The position numbers were made by a program, and so were the translations under genes. A DNA stretch of 64,000 nucleotides from Candidatus Freyarchaeum deiterrae (GTDB lineage Archaea; Asgardarchaeota; Jordiarchaeia; Jordiarchaeales; Jordiarchaeaceae), in NCBI GenBank assembly GCA_037305845.1, contig CP147778.1, positions 3,200,001 through 3,264,000 of the forward strand, written 5' to 3'. Below, in pieces: positions 40,181-49,315 of the stretch; position 1 is the first letter of the stretch, and the number at the start of each line of letters is the position of its first letter. The notes below the pieces were generated by a model. That model saw only the letters and a program-made list of their open reading frames with translations. It was not told the origin of the DNA and made no database searches.

Positions 40181-41332
40181 TTAATGCAACATTTGACTAA
40201 AACCGCCATCAACTACAATTACTTGTCCTGTTATGTAGCTTGCATCCGACGACGCTAGAAAGCTTGCGGCAGCAGCTATATCCTCTGGTTTACCCCACCT
40301 TTGCAAAGGAATACTTTTTAAAAGATCCGGATAAGACTGAATGACTGCTTTTGACATGGGTGTTTCCATTATTCCAGGTGCTATCGCGTTCACAGTGATT
40401 CTTCTTCCTGCCAAAGCTATCTCCGCCATCAGCGACCTGGTTAGCCCTATTATCGCGGCTTTCGCCGCACTGTAGTGAGTTACGAATGGTCCTCCAGCAA
40501 TTCCATCTATAGAAGAAATGTTGATGATTCTTCCATCTTCCTTCATGCTTTTGAGAACTGCCCTACAGAACAAGAACGCTCCTTCAACATGGACCCGGAA
40601 CATATTCCGCCATTTTTCTAATGTTATATTTGATATGTCGGCCATGTCCAATATTCCCGCGTCATTCACAAGTATATCTACACTTCCAAAGTTTTTTTCC
40701 GTATCCGTGACTGCTCTATTCACTTGCTCTTCATCTCTTACGTCGCACTCAATTGCTATTGCTCTTCCTCCCAAGTCTTTAATTTCTTTTGCCACCTTTT
40801 TAGCATCTCCAAGGTTAAGGTCGACCACAGAAGCCTTCGCTCCCTCTAATGCGAAGCGACGAACAATCTCTCGTCCAATGCCCGAAGCAGCCCCCGTCAC
40901 CAAGGCAATCTTACCCACCAATCCTTCTTTGATAGCTACAGTCTCCGAAAAATAATTACTTGTGTAGAAGTTTCCGTTCCTCTTGAGGAGTTTGGATTCG
41001 CAGACCTCTGCGTCTGACTCTATCTGGCTGTGTGGTTTGGCTACCCATTCGCTGCTCTTCCTGCTCTTAACTGGAATCTTTGCCCAGTACTCGGCTATTT
41101 TCGTGCTCAGCCGTTTAGCATTGAGAAGGCCTTTTCTCATTGAAGGAGGATATTCTCTGATGGGCTTGATTCTCTGGTAATGGCGTTTGGCCTGTTGCTC
41201 GTTGGTTGAATGGAGCTCTGCGTTTTCGCCGTTTAGGGAGCGCTGAAGGTTCTCATATTCCCGTTCAAGAAATCTTTTATTAACTCCACTAAAATGTAGT
41301 GTTTTGGTTCGTATCATTTTCTCAACTTTCAT
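40181..41332 (-). CDS. Chimeric ORF: N-terminal archaeal TnpB-like fragment fused in frame to an SDR (FabG-like) oxidoreductase
   Basis: SDR: TGAASGIG, NDAG, YSAAK in 40181-40933; N-terminus LEREYENLQ...QQAKR...YWAKIPV...ESKLLKRNGNFY resembles a TnpB REC/WED region. Confidence 0.75.
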   Translation of the reverse strand: MKVEKMIRTKTLHFSGVNKRFLEREYENLQRSLNGENAELHSTNEQQAKRHYQRIKPIREYPPSMRKGLLNAKRLSTKIAEYWAKIPVKSRKSSEWVAKPHSQIESDAEVCESKLLKRNGNFYTSNYFSETVAIKEGLVGKIALVTGAASGIGREIVRRFALEGAKASVVDLNLGDAKKVAKEIKDLGGRAIAIECDVRDEEQVNRAVTDTEKNFGSVDILVNDAGILDMADISNITLEKWRNMFRVHVEGAFLFCRAVLKSMKEDGRIINISSIDGIAGGPFVTHYSAAKAAIIGLTRSLMAEIALAGRRITVNAIAPGIMETPMSKAVIQSYPDLLKSIPLQRWGKPEDIAAAASFLASSDASYITGQVIVVDGGFSQMLH

Positions 41333-41400
41333 GTTTCAGACCCAAACTCAAATACTTGAAAATCTTATTTAAACACATCACAATTTTCTCCGCGTTTTCT
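40964..41400 (-). mobile_element. tnpB: Relic 5' part of a tnpB-type element with its TATA box (TTTAAATA, 41373-41366)
   Basis: Protein similarity by eye; no RuvC region remains. Confidence 0.6.
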
Positions 41401-41407
41401 TTCGTTT

Positions 41408-41539
41408 AGCAAGGATGAAATTAAGCAGACATTGCCGCCAATGTTCGGCATCAATTACGTACGAGAGACACATTTCGGGACAGGGTTGAATGGTGAATAA
41501 TCAAAAGCTTACATTACGTCAGCAACCAAGGTCAGCTAA
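41408..41539 (+). pseudogene. 3' fragment of a duplicate of the 38504 methyltransferase with an in-frame stop
   Basis: Translates SKDEIKQTLPPMFGINYVRETHFGTGLNGE*SKAYITSATKVS* versus SKNEIKQTFSPIFRINYIKETRFGTRWSDKGAKAYITSATKVS*; homology continues about 70 bp past the stop. Confidence 0.9.
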
Positions 41540-41732
41540 GCCTAGCCTGCAAGGTTTGACATTCGGTATATTATTACAAATCGGATTTTTAAGGAAAAAG
41601 GAAAGTTCTTAAATCAATTATCTTATTTAAGAAACAAGGAGGGAGCCAAACGTGGGGTAAAAAATAAGGGTTGAGATTAACGGTCGGCTTTTTTTTATTT
41701 TTAAGTTCGTTCGTCTAAATACACTCTTAAGA

Positions 41733-42500
41733 TTACAACATTCTATACAACGGTAAACTTACAACGTTAATTAGGCTTAGTCCTCCATCTACGACGATTA
41801 CCTGCCCCGTTATGTAGCTCGCCCCTGGTGACGCTAGGAAAGCTGCGACCTCTGCCACGTCTTCTGGTTTACCCCACCTTTTAGCAGGTATGTCCTGTTT
41901 TGGCACAGATGCCTCATAGGATTGTGTCATAGGTGTAAGTATTACTCCAGGTGCGATTGCATTCACGGTAATTCCTCTAGAAGCCACCTCTATTGCTAGC
42001 GATTTCGTGAATCCAACTATTGCGGCCTTTGCTGAACTGTAACTGGTCAAGAGCACATCGCCCGTGATTCCTGATATTGAGGAGATGTTGATAATTCTTC
42101 CACCCTCTTTCATATTTTTTAGGGCGGCTCTGGAGCATAAGAATGTGCCTTCAACATGAACTTTGAACATATCCCGCCATTTCTTTAATGTTATGTCCGA
42201 AAGCTTACCCATATCAAATATCCCCGCATCATTAACAAGCACATCAACACTTCCAAGATTCCTCTCAGTCTCCTCAATCGCCCTAGTTACTTGGTCTTCG
42301 TCTCCTACGTCACACTGAACCGCAATAGCCTTTCCACCCAAGTCTTTAATTTCCTCTACCACCTTTTTAGCATCTCCAAGGTTAAGGTCAACCACTGAAA
42401 CCTTCGCTCCCTCTAATGCGAAGCGATGAATAATCCCACGTCCAATACCCGAAGCCGCCCCGGTAACCAGGGCAATCTTACCAAGCAAATTTCCTTTCAT
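41733..42500 (-). CDS. SDR family oxidoreductase (FabG-like), paralogue of 40181
   Basis: TGAASGIG, YSSAK, ITGQVIVVDGG. Confidence 0.93.
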   Translation of the reverse strand: MKGNLLGKIALVTGAASGIGRGIIHRFALEGAKVSVVDLNLGDAKKVVEEIKDLGGKAIAVQCDVGDEDQVTRAIEETERNLGSVDVLVNDAGIFDMGKLSDITLKKWRDMFKVHVEGTFLCSRAALKNMKEGGRIINISSISGITGDVLLTSYSSAKAAIVGFTKSLAIEVASRGITVNAIAPGVILTPMTQSYEASVPKQDIPAKRWGKPEDVAEVAAFLASPGASYITGQVIVVDGGLSLINVVSLPLYRML

Positions 42501-42747
42501 AGTACGACCTCTAAAAATGATACAAACTACAAGAATATCTACTATTTTAAGAATTTTAAAACCACGTTATATATTTACAGAACCAAATGATAAGCATTTT
42601 TCAATAGTGTTCTTTTGAACTAAAAATGGGAAATATGGGAAGTCTTCCTTTAAGAAAAAAATTATAACTAATAGAAAAAATGAGGGTCAATTTGGGAGAA
42701 TTAGAGGCTTACCTTGTTTATTATTGTGTGGTGGACTGAGTGATGGT

Positions 42748-43149
42748 TTATTCTTGATCTAGATGCTCGTGGATGAAGGAGACTATGTCTTTGATTAGGG
42801 TGCCTGGTCCGTAAACGTTTGCTGCACCGATTTTCTTTAGCTCAGGGAAGTCCACTTCTGGAATTGCTCCGCCGACTAGTATCATGAATTTGTTTTTTAC
42901 TCCTTTTTCCTGCAGTAATTCTACCAGAGTTTGTGTGTAAGCGAGGTGTGCTCCTGAGTGTATGCTCATTCCAATAATGTCAACATCTTCTTCTATAGCG
43001 GTCTTTACTATTTGGTCTATCGTCTGAAAGCCGCCGAACACAACCTCCATTCCCGCGTCTCTTAATCCCAGAGATACAGTTACAGCTCCTCTCCAGTGTC
43101 CATCCACGCCGGGTTTCGACATTAAAAACTTTATCTTCTTATTAGGCAA
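42748..43149 (-). CDS. Acyl-CoA mutase small (B12-binding) subunit
   Basis: KPGVDGHWRGA, SIHSGAH, VGGAIP, YGPGT. Confidence 0.92.
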   Translation of the reverse strand: MPNKKIKFLMSKPGVDGHWRGAVTVSLGLRDAGMEVVFGGFQTIDQIVKTAIEEDVDIIGMSIHSGAHLAYTQTLVELLQEKGVKNKFMILVGGAIPEVDFPELKKIGAANVYGPGTLIKDIVSFIHEHLDQE

Positions 43150-43161
43150 GACTAGTACCTC

Positions 43162-44859
43162 TCAAGTCATAATTGGGGGGTTCCATATACCCCATATCTC
43201 CCGGTATACGTTACAGATTTCACCTATGGTAGCGCCCTCTTTGGTAGCTTCCATAACTGCTGGTAACACATTCTCCTCTTTTTCGCAAACCCTACGCAGG
43301 CGGTCTAGAATTTCTTCCACTTTCTTATTGTCCCTTCTAGCCTTTAATTTCTTGATACGCTCTTTTTCTATGTCAGCCGCTCTTGGGTTAGTCCTAAACA
43401 CTTCTTCGCATGCTTCTGCTCCCCTTGCGTAGAGATTAACGCCTATTACCTTCTCTTTTCCTTCCTCGACGTCTTTCTGACGCTTATGGAAGGCGTTTCT
43501 CATCTCTGTAAACAGCCATCCGCTCTCCAGTCCACCCACTATGCCTCCGTGGGATTCTATATTTTCAAGATATTTCCAAACCCTTTCCTCTACCTCATCA
43601 GTCAACCATTCCACGTAATACGAGCCCGCGAGGGGATCGACGGTATTGGTGACTCTGGTTTCTTCCGCTATTACCTGCTGAGTTCTTAAGGCGAGCAGCA
43701 CGGCTTCTTGGCTTGGGAGACATATCGCCTCATCGTAAGAGTTTGTGTGCATGGACTGGCAGCCACCCAGCGCGGCTTCTAGAGCTTGAATTGCGGTTCT
43801 TACTATGTTTACCGTGGGCTGCTGAGCGGTTAATGAACTTCCAGCGGTTTGAATATGAAACCTAAACTGATACGAGTCCTTGTCTTTCGCCTCGTATTTA
43901 TCTCTCATAAGTTTGTACCAGATTCTCCTCGCCGCCCGGAACTTGGCGACTTCCTCAAAAAAGTCCTTATGTGCCCCAAGATGGAACGCGAGTCGACCCA
44001 CAAACTCGTCAATATTCCAACCTCTACTAATTACGTCATCGATGTGTGCCATAGCGTTCGCGAAACCGATACCCAGTTCCTGAACGGCGTCAATGCCGCC
44101 CTCCCGGTAATTATAAGTAGTGAAGTTTATGGGGTGCCATTTGGGGACATTCTGTTGAGCCGCCGTGTATTCGATTAAATCGCAAGCCAATCTGAGCAGA
44201 TGGTGCGGCGCAACGCTTTCATACGGTACAAAACCGAGACTCATAGTACAGATGTCATTCTGACAGGTCCCTATCACATTATTAAGGCCTATGCCTTTAT
44301 TCTTCGCCATGTTAAAATACATAGCACACACGGGAGCGGATGTGAGCGGCTCAACAACCAAAGCCACACTTATCTTATCTATGGGTAACCCCTCAGTGAG
44401 CGCGTACATGCTATCAATACAGTAAAGCGGCACACCGCTTGTTCCCACCTCTGCTATAGCTCTTGAATCATCCGGGTCCAATCCGTTAAAGGTCAAGCCG
44501 TCAACCGCAGCACTAAACCCTGTCTCTCCCTCATTATATAATAATTTCCACCTTTCATTTGTTTCCTCGGGTGTACCGTATCCCGAGAAGAGTCGCATGG
44601 TCCAAAGGCGGCCGCGATACATGTTTGGATAAACGCCTCTTACATAAGGAGGCTCACCAGGGAATCCTACGTCCCTCAAATAATCATGATTCTTTACATC
44701 CACGGGCGTGTACAGGTCCTTTATCGGAATTCCCGAGAAGGTTGTAAACTCTACATCTCGCTCCTTAATCTTTTCTACCCGCTTTTGCCATGCCTTTTTA
44801 CGTTCTTCAATTTCTTTTATAGCATCTTCATCAAACATAGCACCACATCCTCTAACCAA
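43162..44859 (-). CDS. AdoCbl-dependent acyl-CoA mutase large subunit with an atypical active site (start probably 44838)
   Basis: [48 protein letters not shown]. Confidence 0.9.
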   Translation of the reverse strand: MVRGCGAMFDEDAIKEIEERKKAWQKRVEKIKERDVEFTTFSGIPIKDLYTPVDVKNHDYLRDVGFPGEPPYVRGVYPNMYRGRLWTMRLFSGYGTPEETNERWKLLYNEGETGFSAAVDGLTFNGLDPDDSRAIAEVGTSGVPLYCIDSMYALTEGLPIDKISVALVVEPLTSAPVCAMYFNMAKNKGIGLNNVIGTCQNDICTMSLGFVPYESVAPHHLLRLACDLIEYTAAQQNVPKWHPINFTTYNYREGGIDAVQELGIGFANAMAHIDDVISRGWNIDEFVGRLAFHLGAHKDFFEEVAKFRAARRIWYKLMRDKYEAKDKDSYQFRFHIQTAGSSLTAQQPTVNIVRTAIQALEAALGGCQSMHTNSYDEAICLPSQEAVLLALRTQQVIAEETRVTNTVDPLAGSYYVEWLTDEVEERVWKYLENIESHGGIVGGLESGWLFTEMRNAFHKRQKDVEEGKEKVIGVNLYARGAEACEEVFRTNPRAADIEKERIKKLKARRDNKKVEEILDRLRRVCEKEENVLPAVMEATKEGATIGEICNVYREIWGIWNPPIMT

Positions 44860-45167
44860 TTAAAATAACATGACTTCCTAAATAATCTTGTTATCCTCTT
44901 ACTTCATTTTTAAAATCTATTATATACGTGGGTTGGCATCTGAAACTATAAGTTACACCTCACGAAAGTGTGAATCACGCTTTATAATTTTTTTGTGCAA
45001 CTTTTCTTAGGCATAACCATACCTTTGCGATGCCAAACCTAGGGGCGGCTCTCTCAAGGCTTTACAAAATATGCGAAATAAAACATTCTCCTAGGAGGCT
45101 TCGAAATCGCGATTTTTTGTATGTTCTAGTTGTTGATCAAAAAAATTGGAGAATAAGTTGGGTTTGT

Positions 45168-45623
45168 TTATTTCACGAAAGCTTCTATTACGTCCAAGGG
45201 AGAAACTGTTCCTGTTACTTCACCTTTTCCTCCGACTACAAGCAGGTGAAGTTCTCCGCCAGCAACCATTATTCGAATAGTGTTTTCGAGTGTATCATCT
45301 TCGCCAACCATAAGACAAGGGTGAACTCCATTCAGTTGGCACGCGCTCATAAAATCTTTGGAAGTTTTACTCATCATAGCTTTATCTAGTTTAATATCTT
45401 GGACATCTCCAGGTCGCTTCTGTAATTCTGGGAAAGCGTAATTCTTGAACATGTAGAATAGATCCATTTCAGTAACTATACCTTCAACTTTGCCTTTGTT
45501 ACGTACCACCAGAACTTCTGTTTCCTCTTTCGCCATTAAATCGGCTACTTTTTTCATATCTGTTCCCAACTCTACGAAAACAGCCTTTTTCATGAATGCC
45601 GTTACCTTCTTATTTAAGTCCAT
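45168..45623 (-). CDS. CBS-pair protein
   Basis: V..FM...V...., VEGIVTEMDL, LLVV....VTGTVSPLDV. Confidence 0.85.
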   Translation of the reverse strand: MDLNKKVTAFMKKAVFVELGTDMKKVADLMAKEETEVLVVRNKGKVEGIVTEMDLFYMFKNYAFPELQKRPGDVQDIKLDKAMMSKTSKDFMSACQLNGVHPCLMVGEDDTLENTIRIMVAGGELHLLVVGGKGEVTGTVSPLDVIEAFVK

Positions 45624-45922
45624 TTCTAGTCTAACCTCCTCTGCTGAAATTATAAAAACTAGAAAAGTTCGTGTTATTTAAAGCTACCCGTTTATCATCC
45701 TACCCGAAAGTATTAAATTAGATTGAGGATACTACCCCAATTTTCATAATTAAAAGAAGCGTTAAAAACCATCACTAAGTTAAGGGCTAAGCCTAATTTC
45801 AAAAATTTTAAGACATTCTATAATTTTTAAAAAAATAGAGGAGGAGGAATGACGGAGTCGATTTTAGCTTTCATCCTAGTCCCTTTGTGCGATTTGGTGA
45901 CTGCTTTTTCAGCGCACCTTAT

Positions 45923-46198
45923 TCAGCGTATCCACATAGCTTCTTCATTCCTTTTGACCGCTTCCGCTCTAACAATCTCGGGTTCGAAAGTAGTCCAGAC
46001 CTCTTCATTATCCTCATCTTTATCAAAACTAATCTGGACCGTCTCCTTCGATATCATAATAGGGGTGTGGCTCCAGACAACGAGGTCTCCATCGGTACTA
46101 TCACTTAAAATCCCTGGATTGTCACGTGACAATAATGCCAAAAGTCTTTCTTTATCCGTCAGAGCCTTGAAGCGGACAATTATTAGGTCCGATGCCAT
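45923..46198 (-). CDS. Hypothetical protein
   Basis: ORF with ATG 46198 behind GAGGTGG; no recognisable motif. Confidence 0.6.
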   Translation of the reverse strand: MASDLIIVRFKALTDKERLLALLSRDNPGILSDSTDGDLVVWSHTPIMISKETVQISFDKDEDNEEVWTTFEPEIVRAEAVKRNEEAMWIR

Positions 46199-46280
46199 TT
46201 TTTCTTTCCACCTCAACTTGCTTGAACAAACATTACTTCAATATTATTTTTGATTATCGTGATTATTATTTTTAGAAAAC

Positions 46281-46402
46281 CAGTGTCGCTTCATCGCCAA
46301 CACAAAAACTGGGAGAGGGGATAATACACATGGGGGAGGAGGGCGTTTTTTTTTGGGAGGAGGGGGAAGATACAATACCTCAAGTGTTGGCTCAGCACTG
46401 TT
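46281..46402 (-). ncRNA. Candidate K-turn RNA (sRNA or 5' leader) with a C/U-rich loop
   Basis: Minus strand CAGU-GCU-GA-GCCAACAC ... GUGUUGGC-GAU-GA-AGC-gac-ACUG; BRE/TATA about 23 nt upstream. Confidence 0.6.
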
Positions 46403-46424
46403 GTATTCTATGTTTCCAACCACC

Positions 46425-46439
46425 TATTTAAGTTTTTCT
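46425..46439 (-). promoter_or_regulatory. BRE-TATA promoter AGAAAAACTTAAATA
   Basis: Purine-rich BRE followed by TTAAATA, placing the start near 46402. Confidence 0.6.
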
Positions 46440-47119
46440 AGTAAAATTGAGAAAACCGCAATTAAAATAAAACTTTTTGCCTCTTAAATATATAAAAAAT
46501 GAAAAGTTCGCAATATTGAATTCCTCAGATTAGCTTTTAACAGAAGATCATCAGTTTCGGATTAATCCAATTCAGAATGGTGCAGAACACACGTACACAG
46601 TTGGATAAAATACTTGAAATTACCAAACAACTCTCTCCTCTCTATCATGATTGAACTCTTTTTTGAGTTGATGTGTCATCTGGATGTTATTCCAGAGGTC
46701 AAGTCGGATGATTTCAAGGGTAAGACGAAATTGTGACTATCCTTTTCTATTTTTGGTTTCATTTTCAGGGTATTATTTCTGTTTTTTACCATTATTTTCT
46801 GTATTTTTTATCATCTTCATGTATTTTTGGCTCTATAGTATTGTTTTTAGGCAGAATAATGACGTTTTTAGTCCGAAATTAGGAAATGATTCTTTATTCT
46901 TTTAGGGCACTTTATTGTCAAATTTGAGAATATTTTCTCTTATTTTTGAAGTCTTGATTGGATTAGGATTATTTTTCTTGAATATTTCCTTTTTTGATAA
47001 TTTTTAGATTGATATATACCTTTTTCAGTCCAAAAATTGATATTTCAGTACGAAAATAGGAAAGCTTTTTATAGCAGTATTGGTAAAATAGTTGTTAAAA
47101 CTCAAAGGGGTAAATCGAA

Positions 47120-47605
47120 ATGGAAGTAATCGAAGAGATGGAACAGGTAGAGATAAGCTCCATGGACGAGTTAGATTACGAGGATACCACCAGATTCATG
47201 TTAGAACTATGCGAACTTGCGGGTTCCAAGTTTGATGAAGAACGGTGGGAGAATGCCTTTACGAGGCGTATCACGAATCCTGAAAGATACGGAGGCTTCA
47301 TAGCCAGAAGAGGAGATAAACCTCTAGGAATGCTTTTCGCAGAGGCCAAAGGAGAAATAGGATATATAACCAATCTTTATGTAGTTCCAGAGGAAAGGCA
47401 CACTGAAATCGTGGGTCCGATGAGAGTTCCAAAAAGAGGCCAACCTCTCGCGGAAAGAATGGTAGGAACCGCATTTAACTTTCTAAGAAAGCACGGCTGC
47501 AAAGAAGTGCTCATAAACATGAGAAAGGGTGTAAAACCCGCAGAAATAACATACAGCAGACTCGGATTAGAAGAAAAATTTACCGTTCTATCTAAAAAAT
47601 TGTAA
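47120..47605 (+). CDS. GNAT acetyltransferase
   Basis: IGYITNLYVVPEER...G..L, A...Y.RLGL. Confidence 0.85.
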   Translation: MEVIEEMEQVEISSMDELDYEDTTRFMLELCELAGSKFDEERWENAFTRRITNPERYGGFIARRGDKPLGMLFAEAKGEIGYITNLYVVPEERHTEIVGPMRVPKRGQPLAERMVGTAFNFLRKHGCKEVLINMRKGVKPAEITYSRLGLEEKFTVLSKKL

Positions 47606-47858
47606 ACGTAGATTCGTCCGGCAAATTACTTGCCCTAAAATCTACTTCTATTTACTTATTTTCAAGTTTTTCAAAATATCAAAAAATAATTTAAACCATC
47701 ATAAAAGTTTCCGAACTTACAATTAGCAGATGACCCGAAAAAATCCTCTTCCAACAAAGCAATATACCGGATTCACAAGAGATTCCTCCGCTTAACAATT
47801 TAACAGGTCATACATTGGTTCTCATATAAAAGGAAAAACTTCCATGAAAAATACGAGT

Positions 47859-47990
47859 TATGGGGTGCTAGGGTGAGTCTGACATACTCCCCACCTTGAA
47901 AGGTTGGGGGTTCTACACTTCTACTGCTATTGTTATTGTTGTTAGAAGTGTGGGGCGTGTCACCGCCCGGTTAACGGCTTCCGCACCTTT
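47859..47990 (-). ncRNA. Predicted TnpB omega/reRNA 3' region with flanking guide ACTCACCCTAGCACCCCATA
   Basis: GGGCG-GTGACA-CGCCC hairpin in the tnpB 3' end plus the right-end hairpin; in TnpB systems the guide is the flank after the right end; 5' boundary uncertain. Confidence 0.6.
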
Positions 47991-49294
47991 TTCTTTTTCT
48001 TTTTGTTGGTGAGCAAGCCCTATGTTTATGCAGCCTACGGCGTCTCGGTGTGCTTCCAGTCCGCAGTCCCGGCACCTGAACATTCTTTTGCTTCTAACGA
48101 TTCTTTTTGAGCCGCATCTCGGGCATTCTGATGATGTTCCTCTCTCATCGACTCTCGTTATTTTTATCCCGTACTCCTCTGCTACTTCTTCTATCCTCCG
48201 GACCATGTATCCTACAGACCAGAAGTTGTGAATCATAGAGTTGCTTCTCCTTGAGAAGTTGGCGCTGCTTCTTATGTCTCTCAGGTCTCCGCAGACTATC
48301 TCCGAGACTCCCCTGTTCCAGCACTTTTCAACGAAGTCCCTTACCATCAGGTTGACACTGTTTCTGAATCTTCTCCTCCGCTTCCGGTAATAGGATTTTA
48401 ACAGCTTTGAGGTTGACCGATTGTTTACATCTTTCAGGATTGACTGGTGTTCCGCTATTCTGTGTGTCCAGTACCACCAGTCCGAGAGCATGGAATTCGC
48501 CCGGTAGCCGAAGACTTCCCCCTCTATATTCGCCATTATGGGGACTTTCACTCCCAGATTCACATACGCCTCCTTTTTTTCTCCTATTGACTGCTGCTGG
48601 TGTAGAGGAGGTTTAATCTCTACTGGCATGTAGGCGTACCATTTCTCTGAGAGTTCGTCACAGTTTATTTCGAGTCTGCCCTGTTTACCGCCTTTCCACC
48701 GGTTCCTGCCCCTCCACTCCGTTTTTAGTCCAAAAGGAAGTTTGAGAGTTTTTCCTTCCAAGTGGTAGCTGTCGCATCTCACAAGGATTTTTAGGGGTCT
48801 TTTCCCGGTTTCTCGATCCTTCCAGTACCTGGGGGGTTTGGGTTTCTTCTCCACCTTTCCCTTTTTCCACTTCTTGAGGAGTGCCCAGTACGATTTCCAG
48901 GCTTCGTTGTTCTTTTGGGTAATCTGCTGGGCGGTGGCGGAGCCAACCAACCCCTTGTACTTGTGGTATTGTTCGTCGGTGTTCCAGTCGAATCTGCCTG
49001 AGAAGAATGATTGTCTGCGTTTATGGTTTATCTCGTTGTACATTTTGGAGCAGTTGTCGGCTAAATTATGCAGTCTCTGCTTCTGCTCCTTTGCTGGAAC
49101 CAGCCGGAAGGTGTTAGTCCTCCTCAAATGCGTAGCTCCCACTCCTTCATAACGAGTTCTTTGCGGGTAGGCTTCAAACCCCAGTTTATCCGCATACCCT
49201 TTTTCACTCCCCCTTTTTTCCTCTTTTTCGGTATTTAAACTCCACGCAATTCTTCCCCGCCCTAAAGAGACTGAGGCTTTCTTGCTAATCCTCT
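47879..49294 (-). mobile_element. IS200/IS605-family (IS1341-type, tnpB only) element with both ends
   Basis: Left end: TTAC target, then AAAG guide plus hairpin (49247-49285). Right end: GAAC guide, hairpin CCCCAACC-TTTCAA-GGTGGGG, TCAG terminus. Confidence 0.85.
47913..49127 (-). CDS. tnpB: TnpB RNA-guided nuclease homologue with RuvC-I Asp replaced by Asn
   Basis: RTNTFRL N-terminus, AYVNLG, IVCGDL, VDERGTS, CPRC..CRDC zinc finger, HRDAVGCINI. Confidence 0.92.
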   Translation of the reverse strand: MRRTNTFRLVPAKEQKQRLHNLADNCSKMYNEINHKRRQSFFSGRFDWNTDEQYHKYKGLVGSATAQQITQKNNEAWKSYWALLKKWKKGKVEKKPKPPRYWKDRETGKRPLKILVRCDSYHLEGKTLKLPFGLKTEWRGRNRWKGGKQGRLEINCDELSEKWYAYMPVEIKPPLHQQQSIGEKKEAYVNLGVKVPIMANIEGEVFGYRANSMLSDWWYWTHRIAEHQSILKDVNNRSTSKLLKSYYRKRRRRFRNSVNLMVRDFVEKCWNRGVSEIVCGDLRDIRSSANFSRRSNSMIHNFWSVGYMVRRIEEVAEEYGIKITRVDERGTSSECPRCGSKRIVRSKRMFRCRDCGLEAHRDAVGCINIGLAHQQKEKEKGAEAVNRAVTRPTLLTTITIAVEV

Positions 49295-49315
49295 GTAAAA
49301 ATTATTTTAGACGGT

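Noticed and set aside
49124-49195. 23-codon ORF overlapping the tnpB start as tnpA
   Set aside because: Too short, with no HUH/Tyr or serine-recombinase motif; cannot be assigned
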